64,000 bases of DNA from an uncultured Puniceicoccaceae bacterium (GCA_963933835.1 CAWVVV010000002.1:32001-96000), one strand, 5' to 3'. Positions 49,656-59,296 are shown, counted from the first letter of the stretch. Numbers and translations: made by a program. Notes: generated by a model not told the origin, from the sequence alone.

Positions 49656-50162
49656 CTACAGGAGCGCGTCGATTTCCGAAAGGAGCCCTGCAATCTCTAA
49701 AGGCTCCAAATCAATCAACGGGACTACGAGGTCCCGCTTTTCCGGCATATACCGGTAATGACCACGCCGATTCGCGAGCGGCTTAAGCACACGCCGGCGC
49801 TCGAGCATGACCGTGATGAGATTAAGGAAAACGAGGCGCTCCCGCTTCATTGATCCCGGCTCATCACCTTCGGTCGATTTTACTTCTTCGATCAGGCCGA
49901 GAAAGATTTCTTCCGCCGTCGCAAGTGATCGACGATTTTCATCGGAATCCGACGCCGGCTTGAATCGGTGACGCCAGCGACAAAAGACAGGCCCCGGCGC
50001 CGTCCAGTCCGAACGTTCTTCTTCGCGCAGATCAGCCCTTTCCAGAACACCCTCTTCTCCCCGATAAAGAATGCACTCAACTTCTTCGTCTTCAGCAAAC
50101 GCCACTCCGGAGACGGTCGACTGCTTTGCCACTCTTCTGATCGATATTCCCATTTTTCCCAT
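49656..50162 (-). CDS. Hypothetical protein
   Basis: 168-aa ORF with globular composition filling the gap; LERRRVLKP motif. Confidence 0.65.
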   Translation of the reverse strand: MGKMGISIRRVAKQSTVSGVAFAEDEEVECILYRGEEGVLERADLREEERSDWTAPGPVFCRWRHRFKPASDSDENRRSLATAEEIFLGLIEEVKSTEGDEPGSMKRERLVFLNLITVMLERRRVLKPLANRRGHYRYMPEKRDLVVPLIDLEPLEIAGLLSEIDALL

Positions 50163-50224
50163 TGCCGGATAAACCCGACCCTAGAGCATACGCAGGACGA
50201 CGGACTCCGTCGCAATCGAAATTT

Positions 50225-50896
50225 ATGTCACAGCGCACAGTCATCATAGGAGATGTCCACGGATGTATCGAAGAACTGGATCGTCTCCTCAAAAAGCTTT
50301 CGCTTGGACCAAAAGACCGCCTCATCTTCGCTGGTGATCTAGTCAACAAAGGTCCGGCGACGATCGCAGTGCTTAAACGGGCACGTGAATTGAAGGCAGA
50401 ATGCGTCTTAGGGAATCACGAAATCCGGCTCCTACGCTACCGCCAGGGCGAAAACTTCAAAACACAGCGACTGAAAGACATCAAGACGGCCCTTAAACTC
50501 ACCGAGGCCGATTGGGCATACCTCGAGGCCATGCCACTGCACATCGAACTGCCTGAACACAATGCGATCGTTGTGCACGGCGGCTTTCTCCCCGGTATTC
50601 CATGGCGCAAACAAGGCGAGGAAATCATTACGCGCATTCAGACAATCGACGAAAACAACGAGGCATGCAAACGGACGAAAGCACCTGACGTGCGCTATTG
50701 GGCCGAGAGCTGGGAAGGCCCTGAGTTCGTGATCTATGGCCACACCCCGCGGAGGGAGATATACAAAATGCGTGATTCGATCGGCCTCGACACTGGTTGT
50801 GTCTACGGTGGACACCTCTCGGCGCTCACCCTCCCCGAACGCTCCATCACCCAAGTGAAGGCTGGGCAGGCCTACGAAGCCTCGGCGAAATTTTAG
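50225..50896 (+). CDS. Metallophosphoesterase (PPP/ApaH-like)
   Basis: GDVHG, GDLVNKG, GNHE, VHGG, YGH, LDTGCVYG. Confidence 0.9.
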   Translation: MSQRTVIIGDVHGCIEELDRLLKKLSLGPKDRLIFAGDLVNKGPATIAVLKRARELKAECVLGNHEIRLLRYRQGENFKTQRLKDIKTALKLTEADWAYLEAMPLHIELPEHNAIVVHGGFLPGIPWRKQGEEIITRIQTIDENNEACKRTKAPDVRYWAESWEGPEFVIYGHTPRREIYKMRDSIGLDTGCVYGGHLSALTLPERSITQVKAGQAYEASAKF

Positions 50897-50996
50897 ATTT
50901 GGTATTAGAGAGCGTATTCAGAGTTGCGCCCGGCGACCAACTTAGGCCCATTGGATGGGACAGACCCTCGGGCAAATACCAAACTGGTAACGACTG

Positions 50997-52406
50997 ATGA
51001 TCAAGCACACGCCCCGTCCAAACACTCCGCCAGATGGCCAGCCATTGATCGACGCCTACACGATCGATGAGCTCCTGCACTGGCCGCGCGAAGCGCTCGA
51101 TAAACTCGACCCGGCTCGCCTCAAGGAAACTTCGGACTTCAGCATCGCGCAGCTCCTTGAGCGCATCGATCTCGACGAAGCACGCGATCTCCTGCGCCAG
51201 CTAAGCGTCGAGCGCGTTTCGGACATCCTCTCAGAGACGGACGACGAATCAGCGGCGGAGATTCTCTCTTCAATCCGGGAGCAACGCGCGACGCGCATTC
51301 TAGATAATTTCGATCCGGATGATGCCGCCGACATTGTCGCCGAAATGGCAGACGATGATCGCGAGCGCCTAATGGACACGCTCGACGACGTAGATCGCGA
51401 GGCGATTGAGACCCTCCTGACTTACGATCCGGAGACAGCCGGGGGCCTGATGACGACTGATCTCGATCTCGTCCTGCAGGACATGACGATCGATCGGGCG
51501 ATCACTGAAATCCGCAAAATCGCGGAGAATCACGAGGATCTGCACTATGTCTACGTAGTTGATGGCGAAAATCGCTTCCTCGGCACCGTGTCATTGCGCA
51601 AGCTGATTCAGGCACAGCCTCAACAGCGGCTCGCAGACATCATGCGCACGAACATCCGAAGCGTGGCCCATGCAGACATGGACCAAGAAGATGTCGCCCA
51701 GCGGATGGCGGAACACAACCTGCTCGATATGGCGGTCGTCGATGAGGGGAATCACCTTCTCGGCATCATCACTCACGATGATATTTTGGACGTCGTTCAG
51801 GAAGAAGCGACGGAGGATATCCTTATCATGGCGGGTGCGGGCGGCGATGAGACGGTCCATGACGACGTGCTCTACAGCGTGCGCAAGCGCCAGCCGTGGC
51901 TCTTTGTAAACCTAGGAACAGCATTCGTTGCCGCCTTTGTCGTCTATCTTTATCAGGATGAGATCAGTGCCCTTCCAATCCTTGCTGCACTGATGCCGAT
52001 CATCGCAGGCGTGGGCGGTAATAGCGGCCAACAAGCGCTCGCTGTAGCGATTAGAAGCCTCGCTCTCGGTCAGGTTCAGAAGGGCGAAGGGCGGCGCGTG
52101 ATTATAAAGCAAATGGCGATCGGCCTGATCAACGGCACCCTCGTTGGTTGCTTCGCTGCAGGCGCCGTTTTCCTCCTTTCACCAACCTTTCCCGAACGTG
52201 GACTGCTCAGCCTCGTTGTCCTCTTTGCGATGGTTCTAAATACGCTAACCGCAGGTTTGGCGGGAGCGTTCGTGCCCATTTTTCTCAGCAGTATCCGTCG
52301 TGATCCCGCCCAGAGCTCCAGTATCCTTCTCACCGCTATTACGGATACAGGTGGATTCTTTATCTTCCTCAGTCTCGGCAGCTGGCTACTCGAAATCTCT
52401 TCTTAA
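50997..52406 (+). CDS. mgtE: Magnesium transporter MgtE
   Basis: N-domain, TAGGLM, CBS pair, PWLFVNL, GGNSG, DPA, TAITD. Confidence 0.94.
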   Translation: MIKHTPRPNTPPDGQPLIDAYTIDELLHWPREALDKLDPARLKETSDFSIAQLLERIDLDEARDLLRQLSVERVSDILSETDDESAAEILSSIREQRATRILDNFDPDDAADIVAEMADDDRERLMDTLDDVDREAIETLLTYDPETAGGLMTTDLDLVLQDMTIDRAITEIRKIAENHEDLHYVYVVDGENRFLGTVSLRKLIQAQPQQRLADIMRTNIRSVAHADMDQEDVAQRMAEHNLLDMAVVDEGNHLLGIITHDDILDVVQEEATEDILIMAGAGGDETVHDDVLYSVRKRQPWLFVNLGTAFVAAFVVYLYQDEISALPILAALMPIIAGVGGNSGQQALAVAIRSLALGQVQKGEGRRVIIKQMAIGLINGTLVGCFAAGAVFLLSPTFPERGLLSLVVLFAMVLNTLTAGLAGAFVPIFLSSIRRDPAQSSSILLTAITDTGGFFIFLSLGSWLLEISS

Positions 52407-52411
52407 CCTAC

Positions 52412-53083
52412 ATGAGTTTGAAAAGTCCTCACACCCCCGTCCTTGCTCCATCAATACTCGCGGGCGACCACGCCAACCTTGTCTCTGCACTTCGCGTTAT
52501 TGAGACCACCGATGTTCAGTGGCTCCACCTCGACATCATGGACGGTCACTTTGTGCCCAACCTCAGCTTTGGACCCGCCACGGTGAAGTCACTACGGGGA
52601 AGCAACGCGGACCTCTTTTTCGATGTCCACCTCATGCTCAGTCGCCCTGACAAATACATCGACGCGTTTATCGATGCGGGTGCTGACGGTATTACGATTC
52701 ACGTCGAGCCCGACTATGACGTCGCTGGGACGCTGAAAAAAATCAAAGAGGCCGGGCTCAAGACAGGCGTTGCACTCAATCCAGGGACAGACGCCGAAGC
52801 CGCTTTTCCCTACCTCGACGACATCGACCTTGTGCTTGTTATGACTGTCTGGCCGGGCTTTGGCGGGCAGGCATTTATTTCTGACACGCTCGGAACGATG
52901 GAGAAACTATCGAAGCGCCGTGCAGAAATCGGGCAGCCCTTTCGCCTCGAAGTCGATGGTGGGGTTGATTTAAAAACCGCCCCGCTTTGTAAAGCAGCAG
53001 GCGTAGACACCCTTGTCGCCGGGACAGCCTTTTCCCGTGCTGAGGATAAAGCCGCCTTTCTCACCGAGATCGAGACAGCCTAA
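52412..53083 (+). CDS. rpe: Ribulose-phosphate 3-epimerase
   Basis: APSIL, HLDIMDGHFVPN, DVHLM, MTVWPGFGGQ, EVDGG. Confidence 0.97.
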   Translation: MSLKSPHTPVLAPSILAGDHANLVSALRVIETTDVQWLHLDIMDGHFVPNLSFGPATVKSLRGSNADLFFDVHLMLSRPDKYIDAFIDAGADGITIHVEPDYDVAGTLKKIKEAGLKTGVALNPGTDAEAAFPYLDDIDLVLVMTVWPGFGGQAFISDTLGTMEKLSKRRAEIGQPFRLEVDGGVDLKTAPLCKAAGVDTLVAGTAFSRAEDKAAFLTEIETA

Positions 53084-53165
53084 CAACACCCCATCGTCTT
53101 GTCGCCGGCGGGGAAGAGGGAAATTTGAAGTTGCAGTTCCAACTCAATTTCTATGCTGAATAAGC

Positions 53166-53528
53166 ATGCTCCCTTGGTTGGTTCGCCCAACGAAAGCCTT
53201 TTGAGGCCTCGTGACTCTTTTCATTTTTCCATGCGCTGCCTTGCCATTGCTCGGCCAATACCAGGACTTCTGGGAAGACTTCGACTCTTCTCGCAGTGCC
53301 TCAGTTTCGCTGTCGCACGACAGTAGCATCTTCGGAAATTCGAGCGACGTAGCAGATACGATTATACAAGGATCACTTCGCGGAGCACTGACGAAAGACT
53401 TCAATTTCGCGACCTTCGGCATCGAAGCCAACGCCGCCTTCGCTCAGTTCTTTGAATACGATGACCTCAACTACGAGGACATCACATTCAACAGGCTCCT
53501 CAACGACTTCCGGCAAAACTTCTTCTGA
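53166..53528 (+). pseudogene. 5' fragment of an outer-membrane beta-barrel-like gene with in-frame TGA
   Basis: MLPWLVRPTKAF*GLVTLFIFPCAALPLLG (broken signal peptide), then amphipathic beta strands (SVSLSHDSSIF...DTII...NYED); after about 53490 it reads into the antisense of the next fragment. Confidence 0.55.
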
Positions 53529-53699
53529 TACTACTGGTTGAGCTGCTACTGGCTCCTCCATCACTTCTCGTGGAGACACCGGAACAGCCGTTCTCTCCGC
53601 GTTTGGAAGTTTTCGTATTTCTACGACTTCAGGCAGTTGGCATCCGCCGAGAATCGCGGCACAGATAAGGCAAAGAATAACTCGGGAGGCGATTAACAT
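53373..53699 (-). pseudogene. 5' fragment of a lipoprotein gene
   Basis: Lipobox ILGGC, Glu/Pro/Val linker EEPVAAQPVVSEEVLPEVVEEPVE, then no domain; frame runs into the antisense of the barrel fragment. Confidence 0.55.
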
Positions 53700-53852
53700 C
53701 AGACTCGAAAATTTGGTGGGCAAAGGACAAGTGGCAACTATTCAATCATCGGTAATCTAGCGTCCGAGCCCAATCAATTGCAGCGCTTGGCTGGGCAACT
53801 TTGCTGAGGCCCTTTATTGACAGTCTGCTGCCATTTAGCTACTGCGGTAGGG

Positions 53853-54911
53853 GTGGGGACAATTGTTAGGGGCAAAGCAAGACCGTGGACTTGGGGCATT
53901 TTAGCTCTCGGATTACTGGGGGCTGCGGGGCTCAACTTGATGGCTGGATCACTCTCCATCGGGCCAGTCCAGATGATCGCGATCCTACTCAGGCCGCTAC
54001 TGGATCTCGGGGATGTGGGCGCGCACACGAGCGCTGAAGCTGCGGTCGTCTGGAACCTACGCCTCCCTCGTGTTCTAGGCGGTATGCTGGTTGGTGCTGC
54101 CCTTGCGAGCGCGGGCGCTGCCACGCAAGGCCTCTTTCGCAATCCGCTCGCCGACCCAGCACTGATTGGAGTCACCAGTGGCGGAGCGCTCGGAGCGCTC
54201 TTTGGTATCCTTGGCATCGGGATGCTGCCCACCCTTCCACTTTTGCTCAGTCGATTCGCCGTCCCGGGAGGTGCGCTGATCGGAGCCATTTGCGTAGCCC
54301 TGCTCATTTACCGACTGGCGACGTCACACGGGCGCACTTCAGTGACAACGCTCCTTCTCGTGGGGGTTGCGATCAATGCGCTCACCGGGGCCGTCATTGG
54401 CTTGGCCATCTACGGATTGGCGAGCTCGGAGGACCTCCGTAGCTTTATTTTCTGGAGTCTCGGAAGCCTCGAACGTCTTACGTGGATGGAGCTTGGAATT
54501 GGATTTGTCATCATCCTTCCAGCTGCCGTTGCCCTCCCCTCCTTTGCACGGTCTCTAAACCTTCTACTCCTCGGGGAAGCCGAGGCCTTTCATCTTGGGG
54601 TTCCCGATCGCACGACGCGGCATATCATCACCATCTGTGCCGCCCTTGCTGGAACGACCGTGGCACTCGTCGGCACGATCGGCTTTGTGGGACTCATCGT
54701 TCCACACTTTGCACGCCGCGTTGTCGGCCCCGACCATCGAAAGCTCATCGCTGCCTCCGCCACCGGAGGTGCTATTCTCATCCTCATCGCCGATACCATT
54801 GCCCGCACCATTGTGGCGCCCGGCATCCTTCCGATTGGGGTTTTAACAGCGCTCGCAGGTGCGCCTTTTTTCCTCGTTTTGCTTCGCCAAAAAACAAACT
54901 CAAATGATTGA
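53853..54911 (+). CDS. hmuU: Heme/iron-chelate ABC transporter permease (HmuU/FecCD)
   Basis: LRLPRV, QGLFRNPLADP, FWSLGSL, IGFVGLIVPH, GAPFF; start uncertain. Confidence 0.88.
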   Translation: MGTIVRGKARPWTWGILALGLLGAAGLNLMAGSLSIGPVQMIAILLRPLLDLGDVGAHTSAEAAVVWNLRLPRVLGGMLVGAALASAGAATQGLFRNPLADPALIGVTSGGALGALFGILGIGMLPTLPLLLSRFAVPGGALIGAICVALLIYRLATSHGRTSVTTLLLVGVAINALTGAVIGLAIYGLASSEDLRSFIFWSLGSLERLTWMELGIGFVIILPAAVALPSFARSLNLLLLGEAEAFHLGVPDRTTRHIITICAALAGTTVALVGTIGFVGLIVPHFARRVVGPDHRKLIAASATGGAILILIADTIARTIVAPGILPIGVLTALAGAPFFLVLLRQKTNSND

Positions 54912-55725
54912 AGCGAACGCACTTTGTTTTGCCTACTCAGGCCGTAAAAAGTCGGTTCTAGAGAACGTCGACTGGGCAATTTCCGGCGGTGAGTTTGAAG
55001 CGATCGTCGGACCTAATGGCTGCGGTAAAACAACTTTGCTTCGCCTCCTTGCCGGTGAGCTATCGCCACTGAGTGGTCATATACAACTAAAAGGGAAACG
55101 CCTCGGAGACTACCCAAGTGCCGAGTTGGCTCAGCACCGATCCGTCCTGACCCAATCGCCTCGTCTAGACTTCGACTTCAGTGTTCGCGAAGTCGTCCTC
55201 ATGGGCCGCAGTCCTTTTCTTGCCACCACCTCACACAGTGAAAATCTCGCGGCCATCGATGCTGCGCTGAAGGCGCTCGACCTCGAGCACTTTGCCCACC
55301 GCATCTACCCAGAGCTTAGTCGGGGCGAAAAACAGCGGGTCCAGTTGGCACGCGTCCTAGCCCAGCTCAACACCAAGGACCCAAAGCAAGGCCTGCTCCT
55401 TCTCGACGAACCGATCAACCACCTCGATATCGCACATCAGCATCTGACCTTAGGCTTAGCCCGCGAAAAAGCGGACGCTGGGCATGCTGTCGTCGCCGTG
55501 CTACACGATCTCAATCTCGCACTCCAATACGCCAGCAGAGTCACCGTGCTCCACGAGGCCTCGGTCTACGCACAAGGGGTGCCCGCGGACATCTTCGACC
55601 AAGCCTGTCTCGCCAGGGTTTTTCAGATTAAAGGGGAGCGCATCGTCGACTCAGCAGGCAATCCATACATCCGCACCCATGGCCTAGTTCAGGACACCAC
55701 TCTGAACGAGCGAGATTCGTCTTAA
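54904..55725 (+). CDS. hmuV: Heme ABC transporter ATPase
   Basis: GPNGCGKTT, QRVQLARVLAQL, LLDEP, VLHDLNLA; signature reads LSRGE. Confidence 0.88.
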   Translation: MIEANALCFAYSGRKKSVLENVDWAISGGEFEAIVGPNGCGKTTLLRLLAGELSPLSGHIQLKGKRLGDYPSAELAQHRSVLTQSPRLDFDFSVREVVLMGRSPFLATTSHSENLAAIDAALKALDLEHFAHRIYPELSRGEKQRVQLARVLAQLNTKDPKQGLLLLDEPINHLDIAHQHLTLGLAREKADAGHAVVAVLHDLNLALQYASRVTVLHEASVYAQGVPADIFDQACLARVFQIKGERIVDSAGNPYIRTHGLVQDTTLNERDSS

Positions 55726-55789
55726 ACAAAAGCAGACGCGTCATTGACCTCCCCTTTTCAAATCGCCAACTTCTCCCGTATTTCCCAAA

Positions 55790-55865
55790 GGGCCCTTAGC
55801 TCAGTGGTTAGAGCACGGGACTCATAATCCCTTGGTCCTCGGTTCAAATCCGAGAGGGCCCACCA
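55790..55865 (+). tRNA. tRNA with CAT anticodon, most likely tRNA-Ile2 (lysidine)
   Basis: GGGCCCT TAGCTCAGTGGTTAGAGC ACGGGA CTCATAA TCCCT TGGTC CTCGG TTCAAAT CCGAG AGGGCCC ACCA; paired 1:72 so not initiator; resembles ileX-type tRNAs. Confidence 0.93.
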
Positions 55866-55917
55866 TTCTGCAAAGCAGAACAATGAAAACGCAATTTACC
55901 CTGCGCAGCTAGAATCC

Positions 55918-55931
55918 TGCATAATTATGCA
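55918..55931. promoter_or_regulatory. Perfect 14-bp palindrome, putative operator
   Basis: TGCATAATTATGCA, about 40 nt upstream of the GH128 start. Confidence 0.5.
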
Positions 55932-55972
55932 TTATTAGCATTTGCGTTATCAGTCTTTTGTGACAGCTTTAA

Positions 55973-57427
55973 ATGATGAATACCCCACCCCTGCTCTCCA
56001 CTGTACTGAAACTGAGTGCGATTGCTCTAATATCTGCCGCGACGCTCTCGGCTTCGCCTGAGAAAAGTTGGAAGCGCGGCGTGAGTGCAAATACGCTTAA
56101 CAGTGCGCAGGTTGCCAACTTCGAGCCAGGCATCTCCTGGATCTACAACTGGGGAAAAAGTCCGAACAATCTCGATTTGAATGGGGAGATCGAATTCATC
56201 CCCATGGTTTGGGGAGACAATGCAGGCACCCTCGCTAGCGTTCTTTCATACCTAGAAGGTGGTGCGACTCCCTCCGCGATCTTCTTTCTAAATGAGCCCA
56301 ACTACATCACGCCACTCGGCTCATTTGTTACTCCGGAGAGATCGGCCGCTTGGCTCAGCGAAGTAAAAACAACGCTCTCCGCTTTCAACATTCCGATCAT
56401 CGGTCCACACATGGCACTCGGTGGACCAACCGAAGATTCGATCACGGCCTTTGATCCGATTCAGCAGCAGATGGTCACGTACACGACTGCCCAATCCTTT
56501 CTCGATGCCTATGATTTCTACGTTGGTAACAATGGGGCCGATGCTCTCTCCTTACACTCCTACTCAAATAATGAGATTCAATTCTGGGTCGACACGATGT
56601 TTGAGCGGACGGGCGAACCGGTATGGGTTACAGAGTTCGCATTCGCTGCAGCGTCGGAACTCGGCGAGATGCGTGAATACATCGTCAAGACGCTCGATTT
56701 TTTAGAACACTCACCCAAGGTCGCTCGCTACGCTTGGTTTAAGGGTGATTGGTATCCCCAGAATTCACTCTTTAGCTTACTGAATTCACGGTCTGATACC
56801 TTGAGTCCGACCGGTGAGCTCTATCTCAATTACCCAACTTACGATCCAGATTATTACTACGCTGTTCCATCACAAATCCCAGCGGAGGATTACATTACAA
56901 GAGACAACATGTCGATCGAGATTGCGGACACCGTAGAAGGCATGGGAGCTCTGAATGCTCCGACCCGAGGAGCATCCTCAGCCACTTACCAAGTCGATGT
57001 TCCTTCAGCAGACACCTACAAGATCAAGGTACACACTATAGGGGCCCAAACAGTGCACGCATTCATCGAGACTAACTTAACGATTGGGCTCTTGGGAGGC
57101 ACCCAAATAGCGGCCATCTCCAGCACGTTGTTGGGTGAGACGCGTGATGTGGACTTTGATCTCGATTTACCTGCGGGCGAGCAAACGCTCGAACTCCAAA
57201 GCAGTGGCACTGGGGTAAAGATTGATTGGTTAGAAATTTCAACAGGGGCCACCTGGGCAGGGTTCCCTATCAGTGATGGAAATTTCGGCGATACGGGTGA
57301 TTTTATCGGTTGGCTCAGTATCCTCTTTGCCCCTTGGGTCTACTCATTCGACTTCAATACCTTTGTATATCTCCCAGAGTCAGCCGTTAAGCAAAACGGT
57401 GCGTGGATGTATTTGATAAGGCAATAG
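55973..57427 (+). CDS. Secreted GH128-family beta-1,3-glucanase with CBM6-like module and aromatic C-terminal domain
   Basis: Signal peptide, KRG, SWIYNW, EFIPMVWG, FLNEP (acid/base), LHSY, PVWVTEF (nucleophile), RYAWF; then IPAEDY...LPAGEQTL...IDWLEI. Confidence 0.85.
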   Translation: MMNTPPLLSTVLKLSAIALISAATLSASPEKSWKRGVSANTLNSAQVANFEPGISWIYNWGKSPNNLDLNGEIEFIPMVWGDNAGTLASVLSYLEGGATPSAIFFLNEPNYITPLGSFVTPERSAAWLSEVKTTLSAFNIPIIGPHMALGGPTEDSITAFDPIQQQMVTYTTAQSFLDAYDFYVGNNGADALSLHSYSNNEIQFWVDTMFERTGEPVWVTEFAFAAASELGEMREYIVKTLDFLEHSPKVARYAWFKGDWYPQNSLFSLLNSRSDTLSPTGELYLNYPTYDPDYYYAVPSQIPAEDYITRDNMSIEIADTVEGMGALNAPTRGASSATYQVDVPSADTYKIKVHTIGAQTVHAFIETNLTIGLLGGTQIAAISSTLLGETRDVDFDLDLPAGEQTLELQSSGTGVKIDWLEISTGATWAGFPISDGNFGDTGDFIGWLSILFAPWVYSFDFNTFVYLPESAVKQNGAWMYLIRQ

Positions 57428-57444
57428 AGCTCCGCTGCAGAGTC

Positions 57445-57912
57445 CTAATCCTCTTCTAGCGGTTCGTCGGGAAGCGTCGTAGCCGACAATCCGTTCGCGT
57501 CAAGATAGTCCTGCAAAATCAATGCTGCCGCACGGGAGTCAATTTCTCCTGACGCCCGCACCTTTCGATCGCGTTTACCCTTCCGACCGGTCTCTTCCAT
57601 TCCCTGCTGAACCGCGATAGTCGTCAGTCTTTCATCCATCCGATGTATCGGCAAATCGACTACAGCTTCCAGCCGTAAGATGAACTCGTCCACCTCGCGA
57701 GCCTTAAAGCCGACGCTACCGTTCATATTGTAGGGATAACCCACTACAATCGCTTCTACGCGGCGACGCTTAACGACCTCAGCGATCCCGCTTAGTCTTG
57801 CGGCTTCGTCATGCTGTGTCGCGGGCTCGATCGGATAGGCCATGCCGAGCTCATCACCGAAAGCGAGCCCGATGCGTTTCTCACCGTAGTCGATGCCTAG
57901 AAAGCGTCCCAT
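57445..57912 (-). CDS. ruvX: Holliday junction resolvase-like / pre-16S rRNA nuclease YqgF
   Basis: LGIDYGEKRIGLA, VVGYP, DERLTT, DSRAAALILQDYL. Confidence 0.94.
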   Translation of the reverse strand: MGRFLGIDYGEKRIGLAFGDELGMAYPIEPATQHDEAARLSGIAEVVKRRRVEAIVVGYPYNMNGSVGFKAREVDEFILRLEAVVDLPIHRMDERLTTIAVQQGMEETGRKGKRDRKVRASGEIDSRAAALILQDYLDANGLSATTLPDEPLEED

Positions 57913-57922
57913 TACAAAACTC

Positions 57923-59011
57923 CTAAGTCAGGTGCTTCGTTGCATCGTCCGACGAGAGCCCTTTGACCAGTTTCTTGATCTCTTGAGCCTGATCCTTCGG
58001 ACAGACGAGGGTGGCATCAGGGGTTTGCACAACGATAAGGTCCTTCACCCCGATAAGTGCGACGGTGTGGCCGCTTTCGGACAGGACAATATTACCCTCT
58101 GCATCGAGAAGAGAAGCCAACCCGCGAACGACGTTTCCTGCATCATCAGCAGGGTAATGCCGTGCAACCGCAGGCCACTCACCAACGTCATCCCAATCAA
58201 AAGCCGATTCGACCACTCGAACCGTCTTCGCTTTCTCCATAATGGCATAATCAACCGAGATTTTCTCAAGGGTCGAATAATGGGTCGCCAGCAATCCGTC
58301 GAGCGCCTCCCCAGCCTCCAGACCTTTATCAATCGCCTGGAGAGCTTCCCATAGAGACGGGGTAAAGTTTTCGAAGCATTCGCTGATTACCGGCACCCGC
58401 CAGAAAAACATTCCCGCATTCCAGTAGAAGTCACCTGAGGCAACGTAGCTCTCAGCTGTCGCCTGATCGGGCTTTTCCTTAAATTGGGCAATTGCATGAA
58501 CGGGTTCGCCACCCGCTTCACCAATCGTCTCCGATTTCTGGATGTATCCGTACCCAGTTGCTGGATACGTTGGCTTAATACCAATTGTGACAAGAGCGTC
58601 CTCTGCCTCAGCAGCGGCAAAAGCTGCACCTAAAATGCGTTGAAAACCCTCCGCATCATGAATCACAGCATCGGCCGGCAGCATCGCAAAGCAGGCATCG
58701 GGATCGCGATGCTTGACGAGGAGCGTCGCAAGGCCGACCGCCGCTGCCGTATCGCGGCCAATCGGCTCGGCAATGACATTCTCCGCAGGAAGCATCGGGC
58801 AGACTTCTTTGACCGCTTCAGCTTGCTCAGAATTCGTGATGATCAAAACGCGTTCTGGCGGCACGAGAGCCCCCAGTCTTTCGACAGTCTGAGTCAGCAT
58901 CGGCTTATCACCGACAATCGGGAGGAGGTGCTTAGGACGAGCGAGGCGACTTTGTGGCCAAAACCGCTCTCCGCGACCTCCAGCCATGATTACAACGTAG
59001 CGTTTTTTCAT
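57923..59011 (-). CDS. manC: Mannose-1-phosphate guanylyltransferase
   Basis: MAGGRGERFWPQSR, EPIGRDTA, TGYGYI, WNAGMF, ISVDYAIMEK, WDDVG. Confidence 0.93.
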   Translation of the reverse strand: MKKRYVVIMAGGRGERFWPQSRLARPKHLLPIVGDKPMLTQTVERLGALVPPERVLIITNSEQAEAVKEVCPMLPAENVIAEPIGRDTAAAVGLATLLVKHRDPDACFAMLPADAVIHDAEGFQRILGAAFAAAEAEDALVTIGIKPTYPATGYGYIQKSETIGEAGGEPVHAIAQFKEKPDQATAESYVASGDFYWNAGMFFWRVPVISECFENFTPSLWEALQAIDKGLEAGEALDGLLATHYSTLEKISVDYAIMEKAKTVRVVESAFDWDDVGEWPAVARHYPADDAGNVVRGLASLLDAEGNIVLSESGHTVALIGVKDLIVVQTPDATLVCPKDQAQEIKKLVKGLSSDDATKHLT

Positions 59012-59113
59012 GATAGAATATGTAGGCTGTAGATCGGACTGAGCCGTATCAAAAACAAATTTTCTCCTAGAAAATAAGCCCCTTTCATTCCTCCGGCGGA
59101 TGGTAAGGCTCCG

Positions 59114-59296
59114 TTAATTGCCCAAGCCGAAGCAATCCCGAGGTTGGCCGTTTGTAAAGATGACCTCGTCGATTTCGTGCAGCTTTACACGTCCAGTTCC
59201 TGCCAGCTCCACTAAGTCGGCTTCGTCCAGAAATTCAAAAGGCGGAGAGCGCTTTAGAAAATCGACCATCCGCAAGGCAATGCTCGCTGCCTTCAT
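59114..59296 (-). pseudogene. Truncated N-terminus of a cNMP-binding (likely cNMP/CBS/DUF294-type) protein
   Basis: VDFLKRSPPFEFLDEADLVELA...DEVIFTNGQP is the first half of a cNMP domain; stop after 60 aa. Confidence 0.65.

Noticed and set aside
55866..55880. Hairpin TTCTGC-AAA-GCAGAA after the tRNA as a terminator
   Set aside because: Short stem with no U-tract; too weak to call.
55790..57445. Integrative element at the tRNA-CAT
   Set aside because: No integrase and no duplicated tRNA 3' end noticed.
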